20,435 bases of DNA. It comes from Pseudomonadota bacterium (GTDB taxonomy: Bacteria; Bdellovibrionota_B; Oligoflexia; Oligoflexales; RGVZ01). Each line of letters begins with the position of its first letter. The stretch's first letter is position 1. Shown piece by piece: positions 8,415-15,407 of the stretch. A program made the position numbers and the translations under genes. The notes beneath the pieces were generated by a model. That model had not been told where the DNA came from and did not search any database. It was given only the letters and a program-made list of their open reading frames with translations. Where the stretch lies: NCBI GenBank assembly GCA_041178085.1, contig JBEGVZ010000032.1, forward strand, positions 1-20,435. Reading direction: 5' to 3'.

Positions 8415-9690
8415 TCACATCTCCAACGGCCATCACTGAGCCACAAACGACCGTAGGCAACGCGGACTGCCCGGTCATGGCGCAAGCAGATTCAAAGTCC
8501 TCAGCCAGAGGCAAGGATGAATATCTGGCCGGCAGCATTCCGGCTTCCAGACTCCGGTCATTTGAGATCTTAAATAGCACAATGGGATGAAGCTTTCGCG
8601 TCAAAATGTCGAGCACGCCGCCAACGTCCTTGTCACGAAGGATCGAGACCACACCTGGCAAACGAACATCCGGTCCGAACGACTGGTCAAGCGCCTCGAC
8701 AAAGCGGGCTGCGCCATGAGGGTTATGGCAAACATCAAGCAAGAAGGTTCGTCCACCCCCATCAACCAGTTGATGAAAACGGCCACAGACCGACGGCGCC
8801 CATGGGCCAGGACCGGAGTCGAAGTCCACCAGGCTGGCGGATGAAAGCGGCCTTACACCGCTACGTCGATGAAGGCACCAGGCGGCGACAGCCGCGGCTG
8901 TACAAAAATTATCCACGAGGTAAGGAGCAGCGCCCTCGAAATACCGTGGCAGATTGGCCTCCCAGGAGGCCATACTCGGAATGGCACAAAAAAAGCGGCC
9001 ATTGCGATGCCCGAAATGAACTCCCAGCCGCCACAGCGGCGAACCAGCCTGGCAGGCTGCAGACTGGATCACCTCCAGCGCAACGATGTTGTCCGGGGTG
9101 TCGGGACAAAAGCCAGTGAACACAGGCCGACCGGCGCGGATGATTCCTGATTTCTCAAAAGCGATCTGCCGTATGGAGTTACCCAGGTACTCGGCGTGGT
9201 CGATCCCGATGCTTGTGATCACAGAACATCCAGGCGACGCGATGTTGGTGGCATCAAGGCGTCCGCCCAGGCCAACTTCGAGCACATTCAATTCAGTCCC
9301 GGCATCAGCCCAGACATCGAATCCCAGCAGCAGCGAGACTTCGAAAAAAGACAACTGGTCCCACACCGCATCGCCCAGGCGTGCACGCAAAGCGTGGATT
9401 GCGCAAACAAGATCGCTTTCGCGGACAATCCGGTCAGACACTTGAATCCGTTCGGCGAAGGAGATCAAGTGGGGCGATGTGAAGAGACCGCAGCGAAGCC
9501 CGCCCTGGGCAAGAAGTCGCCACAAAAAAGAAGACGTCGTACCCTTGCCGTTGGTGCCTGCTACCAGGATCGATGGCGTGCGTTGGGCGGCCCATCCAAG
9601 CATCTCATTCGCCAGCTGCACGCGAGCGAGTCCCGGTTTGATCCGGGCCACCCGCTTGGCAAAAATGACCTCAAACAGGCTGGTCGACAC
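8245..9690 (-). CDS. folC: Bifunctional folylpolyglutamate synthase/dihydrofolate synthase
   Basis: VAGTNGKGTTS, GLFTSPHLISFAERI, LEVGLGGRLDATN, ITSIGIDHAEYLG, LDVCHNP and VCGS motifs. It starts directly after accD, the usual accD-folC order. Confidence 0.95.
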   Translation of the reverse strand: MSTSLFEVIFAKRVARIKPGLARVQLANEMLGWAAQRTPSILVAGTNGKGTTSSFLWRLLAQGGLRCGLFTSPHLISFAERIQVSDRIVRESDLVCAIHALRARLGDAVWDQLSFFEVSLLLGFDVWADAGTELNVLEVGLGGRLDATNIASPGCSVITSIGIDHAEYLGNSIRQIAFEKSGIIRAGRPVFTGFCPDTPDNIVALEVIQSAACQAGSPLWRLGVHFGHRNGRFFCAIPSMASWEANLPRYFEGAAPYLVDNFCTAAAVAAWCLHRRSGVRPLSSASLVDFDSGPGPWAPSVCGRFHQLVDGGGRTFLLDVCHNPHGAARFVEALDQSFGPDVRLPGVVSILRDKDVGGVLDILTRKLHPIVLFKISNDRSLEAGMLPARYSSLPLAEDFESACAMTGQSALPTVVCGSVMAVGDVIGRLIEDKVTKDRLEALGSCHDASIPVRQVAQAAALLRCLSMRDVTGALSSGPSGS

Positions 9691-9691
9691 T

Positions 9692-10570
9692 TCAGTGACG
9701 CGACCCGCTCGCCTGGGCTGCGTGGTTGCCTGCCGGAAGTAGGATGTTGAGCATCTGGGATACTGTCACCCGCAACGAATCACGGTGGCAAATCAAGTCA
9801 ACCATGCCGTGTTCGAGCAGAAATTCTGAGCGCTGAAAACCCTCTGGCAACTTTGCCCGGATCGTCTGCTGGATAACACGCGGCCCCGCAAAGCCAATCA
9901 GCGCTTTCGGCTCAGCGATGTTGATATCACCGAGCATGGCGAAACTGGCGGCAACGCCTCCCGTGGTGGGATGCGTCAGGATCGAAATGAAAGGAACTCC
10001 CGCTTCGCGCATCTTGGCGAGCGCAGCGCAGGTCTTTGCCATCTGCATGAGGCTAAGGATTCCCTCCTGCATGCGTGCGCCACCAGAGGAGCTGACCACG
10101 ACGGCTGGTTCGCGCGCCTCGGCTGCACGCTGAAACAGGCGAGCGAGGCGCTCACCGACAACAGACCCCATGCTGCCACCCATGAATTCAAAATCGAACA
10201 CACCCAGGTTCACCGGACGGCCATTCAACAAGCCTCGGCCTGTGATGATCGCATCGTAGCGTCCCGTGCGGGTGTGCATGTCACGCAACCGCTGACGGTA
10301 AGCCTTCGAGTCCTTGAACTCCAGTGGATCAGAGCTGCAAAGCCCGGCGTCGGCTTCTTCGAATGTCCCTGGGTCCATCAAGTTGGCGATCCGGTCTTCT
10401 GCTGGCATGTAGTAGTGATGGTTGCACTTCGGGCAGACATTCAGATTCGCAACGAAGTCCTTGCGAAAGACAACTTCGCCGCATTCTGTGCACTTTTCCC
10501 ACAATCCGCTGGGCGTATCCTTCTTCGGACTTTTCGCAAGCGGTGCTTTTTCACGTGTCGACCAGGCCAT
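9692..10570 (-). CDS. accD: Acetyl-CoA carboxylase carboxyltransferase beta subunit
   Basis: GLWEKCTEC...VCPKC zinc finger, FMGGSMGSVVGE, SGGARMQEG, PTTGGVAASFA and GFAGPRVI motifs. GGAGG SD. Confidence 0.98.
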   Translation of the reverse strand: MAWSTREKAPLAKSPKKDTPSGLWEKCTECGEVVFRKDFVANLNVCPKCNHHYYMPAEDRIANLMDPGTFEEADAGLCSSDPLEFKDSKAYRQRLRDMHTRTGRYDAIITGRGLLNGRPVNLGVFDFEFMGGSMGSVVGERLARLFQRAAEAREPAVVVSSSGGARMQEGILSLMQMAKTCAALAKMREAGVPFISILTHPTTGGVAASFAMLGDINIAEPKALIGFAGPRVIQQTIRAKLPEGFQRSEFLLEHGMVDLICHRDSLRVTVSQMLNILLPAGNHAAQASGSRH

Positions 10571-10683
10571 GATGTTGCCTCCCGGCAGCAGTTTTCAGGA
10601 TCCGGACGCTAACAAATCCTGCCGCGCGGGGTCAATCCAGATGGTCACGATGGAGGCCAACGGAGGCTCTGACCTTTTGGGGC

Positions 10684-10711
10684 TTGCAAGACAGCCGCGA
10701 CTTGGTACACT
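10684..10711 (+). promoter_or_regulatory. Putative sigma70 promoter for the Cys/His protein gene (and possibly hup)
   Basis: TTGCAA (10684-10689), a 16-nt spacer containing an extended -10 TG, then TACACT (10706-10711). Confidence 0.5.
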
Positions 10712-10800
10712 CCCATTTAAAGATCTGACATCAGACAGTTGAGGCATGGCCTGTTGCCAGTAACAGGCGGAGTGAACGTATCCAAGGAGAGGATGCTTCT

Positions 10801-11082
10801 ATGCTCTGTAAGCGCTGTCCGCACCACGTCCGTCACGGCAAGGTCGCCGCCGACGGGAAGACGATCGAATTCCAGGACCGCTGCGGCCTGAAAATGAAAA
10901 ACCAGGGGGATCACCTGTGCCAGCATTATCCGTTCCCCAAGGTTTTTGATTACATCGATTGTGAAACATACAAGACGACATTCAAGTCAACCGGAATGAA
11001 AAACGACGTCGTGCCGACTTCGGATTTCCAGTACTCGGACAACTTCAATAGCCAGCCAATAACAGACATGGAGCTGCTGTGA
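10801..11082 (+). CDS. Small Cys/His-rich hypothetical protein (putative metal binding)
   Basis: 93 aa with a strong AAGGAGAGG SD. Pattern CxxCPHH...C...HxCxH...C. Confidence 0.75.
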   Translation: MLCKRCPHHVRHGKVAADGKTIEFQDRCGLKMKNQGDHLCQHYPFPKVFDYIDCETYKTTFKSTGMKNDVVPTSDFQYSDNFNSQPITDMELL

Positions 11083-11197
11083 CGCCCGCGCGTAACGCAG
11101 GTTGAACACTAATCGGATTTCAAAATTTGGGGTTGCCCTTTGGATTTGGTGAAGGCAACCTCGAGTGACAAACCAATTCAAAAGAGGTGGTAGTAGT

Positions 11198-11470
11198 ATG
11201 AATCGTGCTGAACTCATCGAAGCTCTTGCGAAAGAAACCAACACCACGAAAAGCGCTTGCGAAGCATGGCTGAACGCCTTCGTTGGCACCGTGGAAAAGA
11301 ACATCAAGAAGAACGACGGCGTGAAGCTGATCGGCTTCGGTACTTTCACTGTCTCCAAACGCAAAGCTCGCACCGGCCGCAATCCCCAGACCGGCGAAGC
11401 GATCAAAATCCCGGCGCGTACGGTTCCAGTTTTCCGCCCGGGCAACGAGCTCAAGGCAAAAGCAAAGTAA
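11198..11470 (+). CDS. hup: DNA-binding protein HU
   Basis: MNRAELIEALA...VKLIGFGTFTVSKRKARTGRNPQTGEAIKIPARTVPVFRPG, 90 aa from ATG 11198. SD AGAGGT. Confidence 0.97.
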   Translation: MNRAELIEALAKETNTTKSACEAWLNAFVGTVEKNIKKNDGVKLIGFGTFTVSKRKARTGRNPQTGEAIKIPARTVPVFRPGNELKAKAK

Positions 11471-11519
11471 TCGCTAGCATTTGAATTTCCTGCTGGCTGC
11501 GAAGCTGGCAGGAATGTGG

Positions 11520-11564
11520 CCCACCCAAGGCCCCCTACACCGCAAACCTTGGGTGGGTTTTTTT
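11520..11564 (+). terminator. Intrinsic terminator downstream of hup
   Basis: CCCACCCAAGG-(16-nt loop)-CCTTGGGTGGG, an 11-bp perfect stem followed by T7. Confidence 0.8.
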
Positions 11565-12620
11565 AACTGCTCTATATCCCTGCGCCTGACTTCTGATGTC
11601 ACTTCATCCTCCGTTCGGCTCCGGTCCATTGTGCTTCCTTCTAAAGGGGGAGAGCGATGGAGTGCCCAAACTGCAGAAGTTCCAAGTGCGCCATAAGAAA
11701 AGGTTTTTTTCCTCATCGGACGATCCCCGGCGGAAGGAGCCAACGATTCCTGTGCAAAAAATGTCACGTCTGGTTCTCGCAAACCAACGGCACCATGAAT
11801 GCCCGTCAGAGGCGGCCTGACCTTCACCGTCCCATCTTCAATTTAATTGTTTCCGGCGTCTCTCAGCGCCGCATCGCGCTTCTGTGCGCGACCACCCAGA
11901 TCACCGTCGCCAGAAAACTTGTCCTCATGGCTAAGTTTGCGAATTGTGATCAGAATCGAAGGCTTTCCCGTATGAAAAACTCGGTTGAAACTGCTGATTT
12001 TGACGAGATGGAAACCTCTGAACACACCAAATGCAAACCGGTCGCGATTGCCGCGGCCGTCCAGGAGCCTACGCGCATCATTTTGCGCCTGAAGGCCGCC
12101 AGCATGCCGGCGAAGGGGCGGCTGGCAAAGATTTCTCGCCGCCGCAACGGCAAGCGCATAGACGACAGAAAGTCAGCTTTGTCTGCGGTTTTGCAGGATA
12201 TCGCCGGAGTCGCAAAGCCCGGTCTTATTGTTAAATCGGACCAGTGCCCGCGGTATCCCGATCTTGTGAAGAAGCATCTGCCCACGGCTGTGCACAAGAC
12301 GTTTAAGGGACGCCGTGGATGTGTGGTCGGCCTGGGAGAACTCAAGGCCGGTGGCAGAGACCCCCTGTTTTCCTTGAACCAGACCTGCGCCATGGTGCGA
12401 GACAACTTGAAGTGCCTGGCCCGCCGGACGTGGTGCACCAACAAACGGATCGATAGGCTGCAGTGCCGGCTAGATCTTTACGTGTGCGCCCATAATACGA
12501 GGATCGAAATGCGGGACGAGACAGGGGGGAGGCCACGAGAGGCCAGTCCGGCTCAATGGCGGGTCTGGCCTCTCGAATGTATGTCACTCAGCGCGTGAGG
12601 CGCAGCCAAGTAGAGCAGTT
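11565..12620 (+). mobile_element. IS1-like insertion sequence (1056 bp) with 26-bp imperfect terminal inverted repeats
   Basis: The left end AACTGCTCTATATCCCTGCGCCTGAC (11565-11590) matches the reverse complement of the right end (12595-12620), AACTGCTCTACTTGGCTGCGCCTCAC, at 21/26 positions. The repeats enclose a single transposase ORF. No flanking direct repeat is visible. Confidence 0.8.
11657..12598 (+). CDS. IS1-family-like transposase (Zn ribbon + HTH + RNase H-like core in a single ORF)
   Basis: CPNC...QRFLCKKC zinc ribbon, SGVSQRRIALLCATTQITV HTH, FDEM (D116), KSD (D195), and SLNQTCAMVRDNLKCLARRTWCTNK aligning with the IS1 InsB segment [24 protein letters not shown]. Confidence 0.85.
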   Translation: MECPNCRSSKCAIRKGFFPHRTIPGGRSQRFLCKKCHVWFSQTNGTMNARQRRPDLHRPIFNLIVSGVSQRRIALLCATTQITVARKLVLMAKFANCDQNRRLSRMKNSVETADFDEMETSEHTKCKPVAIAAAVQEPTRIILRLKAASMPAKGRLAKISRRRNGKRIDDRKSALSAVLQDIAGVAKPGLIVKSDQCPRYPDLVKKHLPTAVHKTFKGRRGCVVGLGELKAGGRDPLFSLNQTCAMVRDNLKCLARRTWCTNKRIDRLQCRLDLYVCAHNTRIEMRDETGGRPREASPAQWRVWPLECMSLSA

Positions 12621-14180
12621 CTAGAGGGCCACCCTCAGAAGCCCCCTAACCACCTCCGGCCAAAGCCGCCCATCGCTGCCTTTCCCTGCGGGCACATAGA
12701 TTCTTGAGATCTGAGTGCGGATTGTGGATGCGTTCAGCGAGAAGAAATCCTCCACCGGGTAAACCCTTGGCACCTGGCGATCGTCTTTTTTGATCAGACG
12801 CAACTTGAAGCGCGAGGGCTCATCCTTCGAGTTACGGGGCCGGAAGCGGGTCAGCGAATTTGCGCTCGAGATTCGCTCATACGGGCAACCAGCTTTGGCG
12901 ATGATGCCTTCGGCACGCGCCATCACATCCTCGCCGGACGTCTGGTCATCGTGACCGCTGATCTCAAAAATCCGCTTCCAGAACCTGCGGTTTAGCAGCA
13001 GGTCATCCATCGTGGACACGAAGTCGGCCATCGCCTCGGGCTTGTTAGCCAGGTGTTCTCCGGCAGCATCCATCAACGCAGAATGGATGCTGTGTTCGTC
13101 GATGCGCGCGTATTTCTCGGGCTCCGCTGGTAGCGTCCATCCCGGAATGTGTCGCGAAAGGTGCTTGATCATCGCCTCGGCTGCGACTGCCGTCTTGTGG
13201 AAGTACAGCTGCAGGTACATCGAATGGCGGGCGCGCAGGTAATCCTCAAAGGCAGCCATGCCAGAGAACTGAATCGCAAGGTGGACGGCCTGCTCCCGCG
13301 GATCGAAATACATGCCGAGCGAGTTCAGGATCCGGCTCTCATCGAAGATGCCATAGACAACACCGCACTCACGGGAATCACGCAGCAAGTAGTCCATGCG
13401 GTCGACGTCAAATTCACCGCTGATCAATTCATGGCAAAACCGATAGGCGCCAAAACGCCACAGGGGCGAGCCGTCGACGGGGGGGATGTCTGGCGACATG
13501 ATGGCGGCCACATCCTGGGGATCGATGCGCATCACGCCGCTGGCTTTGTCCTCGCTGTAAACATCCCGGAACAACCGGTCCAGCAGCAGCAGTGTGAAGA
13601 CTTCGTGGCGCACCGGAATTTTGGCAGGGTCTTTACCTGCCTTGCGCAAACCCTCAATACGGGTGGTTATCCAGTGGTCGAGCCAGGCTGGCCGCGGACG
13701 CGCAGATTCCTCGATGGTCTTCCACGAGGCAAGAAATACCTCGCCGGAGTGGGAGAATGGCGGGTGCCCCAGGTCATGAAGCAAGGCGGCCAGGCGAAGG
13801 GCCTGAAGCGTGTAAGCAGATTCGAAAAATTCATCGACCATGCCGAAAGTTGGCGAAAGAAGGCCGTGGGTCGTGCCCCCCTTGAGTTCCCGGTCATGGT
13901 AATCCGGAAACTGGCTCGCCCCGGCAGCGAGTCTTTTCTGGTTTGCACGAAGCTTTTCCCAGGCAACACCGGCAAGGTGCATGACCCCGAGGGAATGTTC
14001 AAAGCGTGAGTGGGACGCGCCGGGAAAAACGTATTGCAGGAAAGCGAGTTGCTTGATGCGCCGTAAACGCTGCACGTAAGGATGGGCGATGACCAGATCT
14101 TCCAGGTCAGAGACATCAATGGTGCCATGGACGTTTTCACGGATACGGCGAACAATCGGCAAAGAACGAGGCGCGTGCAT
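12621..14180 (-). CDS. HD-domain phosphohydrolase, SAMHD1/dNTP triphosphohydrolase-like
   Basis: IRENVHGTI, QRLRRIKQL, FPGASHSRFEHSLGV, AALLHDLGHPPFSH, RHE, DVDRMDYLLRDS and ARHSMYLQLYFHK motifs. The metal ligands are intact. Confidence 0.92.
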   Translation of the reverse strand: MHAPRSLPIVRRIRENVHGTIDVSDLEDLVIAHPYVQRLRRIKQLAFLQYVFPGASHSRFEHSLGVMHLAGVAWEKLRANQKRLAAGASQFPDYHDRELKGGTTHGLLSPTFGMVDEFFESAYTLQALRLAALLHDLGHPPFSHSGEVFLASWKTIEESARPRPAWLDHWITTRIEGLRKAGKDPAKIPVRHEVFTLLLLDRLFRDVYSEDKASGVMRIDPQDVAAIMSPDIPPVDGSPLWRFGAYRFCHELISGEFDVDRMDYLLRDSRECGVVYGIFDESRILNSLGMYFDPREQAVHLAIQFSGMAAFEDYLRARHSMYLQLYFHKTAVAAEAMIKHLSRHIPGWTLPAEPEKYARIDEHSIHSALMDAAGEHLANKPEAMADFVSTMDDLLLNRRFWKRIFEISGHDDQTSGEDVMARAEGIIAKAGCPYERISSANSLTRFRPRNSKDEPSRFKLRLIKKDDRQVPRVYPVEDFFSLNASTIRTQISRIYVPAGKGSDGRLWPEVVRGLLRVAL

Positions 14181-14183
14181 CGA

Positions 14184-15320
14184 TCAGAATTCCTCATAAA
14201 AGACACCGGTACAGTCTGCGACAGAGCGTACCCCGAACCTGCGGACCTCTGCGTGCAGCTCCGCACAAACCAGCCGTGCCGCAAACGGCCCCCGTAACCA
14301 CAACGCGGACAACAATTCGACCGCTGATGCTCCACGGAGGATCTTCTGGAACGCGTCCTCGCCGGATATCACTCCGCCTGATCCAATCATCGGCAGTGCC
14401 CCCTTATGCACGGCCCAGGCCCACTCGAGGAGCTGGTTGCTGGCAGAGAAAGCAGGCGCACCAGAAAGGATCGCAGGCTCCGGCCAGGTGACATTCCGCC
14501 ACGATCCGGCCACCAATCCCTGATAACCCAATTCAACGGTGGTTTCGACGAAGTTTTGAAATTCGCCCTTGGGCCATCCTGGCCCGATTTTTACCCAGAT
14601 GAACGGGTTCTCGACGAGAGCCCCACCCGCAGCAAGGGCCTCCAGGATGCTGATTGCATCGCGGGAAGGCATTTCACTGGCAAAAGACAACACAACAGGT
14701 TGCGTCCGGGAACTGGCTGAAGCCCCACGCTGGGACAGCCTTGCCAGGGCACCCATCAGACCTGCGACCGCACGGACAGTGCCCTGGTCCCGGGCGACTT
14801 CCAGGTTAATCGCCACGGCAGCATTCCCGGAACGCGATGCCTCGCAGGCCCTGGCTGCCACTTCCTCAACATACCCGCCACGAGAGGGGGAAGCTCCGGA
14901 AGCACCAGCCCTGCGGTTACGCATCGACATGGTTCTGGCGGCGTAGTCCCTTTTTATCCGCAGTGCAGGCGACGACTGCCCGTCGAAGGACAGCGATCCG
15001 ATTTCCACGAAGGAAAAGCCCATGGCCTCCACGGACTGCAAATGGCGACCATCCCTGCACCAACCGGCCGCCAAACCGACGGGGTGGGCAAGTTCGCCAA
15101 AACCGGGCAGCTTAACCCGCAAACCACTGGCCCAAAAAGCGTCGCCAGCATCATGAAAATCCGGTCCGGTAACCGCTACGCCTGGGAGCAAACCGCGATT
15201 TGCAAGGTCAAACACGGCCATGGACCCGCGACGTGCAATCTCTGGAGGCATCAATCGCAACCAGGATGTGCCCCCCTCCAAAAGCCATCCGCCCAGCCGG
15301 TCGAAAAAACCTCCCGACAT
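14184..15320 (-). CDS. Divergent class 2 dihydroorotate dehydrogenase-like protein with degenerate catalytic motifs
   Basis: PyrD scaffold motifs LRLMPPEIAR, HPVGLAAG, GFSFVEIGS, WVKIGP, LSGAP and MIGSGGVISGEDAFQKILRGASAV are present. The DKN, INRMGFNN, NxSSPNT and ATNT motifs are not conserved. The frame is intact. Confidence 0.8.
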   Translation of the reverse strand: MSGGFFDRLGGWLLEGGTSWLRLMPPEIARRGSMAVFDLANRGLLPGVAVTGPDFHDAGDAFWASGLRVKLPGFGELAHPVGLAAGWCRDGRHLQSVEAMGFSFVEIGSLSFDGQSSPALRIKRDYAARTMSMRNRRAGASGASPSRGGYVEEVAARACEASRSGNAAVAINLEVARDQGTVRAVAGLMGALARLSQRGASASSRTQPVVLSFASEMPSRDAISILEALAAGGALVENPFIWVKIGPGWPKGEFQNFVETTVELGYQGLVAGSWRNVTWPEPAILSGAPAFSASNQLLEWAWAVHKGALPMIGSGGVISGEDAFQKILRGASAVELLSALWLRGPFAARLVCAELHAEVRRFGVRSVADCTGVFYEEF

Positions 15321-15348
15321 GAAAGACCCCTTTGCGCCAAGGAACGTG

Positions 15349-15354
15349 TATAAT
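15349..15354 (+). promoter_or_regulatory. Consensus -10 hexamer in the divergent intergenic region
   Basis: Perfect TATAAT about 54 nt upstream of the proposed TTG start at 15408. No well-spaced -35 was seen. Confidence 0.4.
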
Positions 15355-15407
15355 GATTGTACGCCGAATTATTTGCGAAAGTCACAACCAGTCCAGCGGG
15401 GTCGAAA

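Noticed and set aside
11165..11197. Longer 101-aa HU ORF
   Set aside because: The extension contains the SD, and the canonical HU sequence begins at ATG 11198.
810..11542. CCCTACACCG present in two intergenic regions (810-819 and 11533-11542)
   Set aside because: Repeated 10-mers are expected by chance in 20 kb, and the flanks share nothing.
2109..14009. Long alternative-frame or antisense ORFs such as 2109-2936, 7092-7706, 9971-10612 and 13149-14009
   Set aside because: They overlap well-supported genes, lack motifs, and are typical of GC-rich coding DNA.
14184..15320. Calling this gene a functional pyrD or a pseudogene
   Set aside because: Catalytic motifs are missing, so the symbol is withheld. 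The frame is full length with no stops or frameshifts, so pseudogene status is not supported either.
15357..15407. TTG 15357 as the start of the coiled-coil gene
   Set aside because: It lies 2 nt after the TATAAT box with no SD. TTG 15408 has a G-rich SD and an SbcC-like N-terminus.
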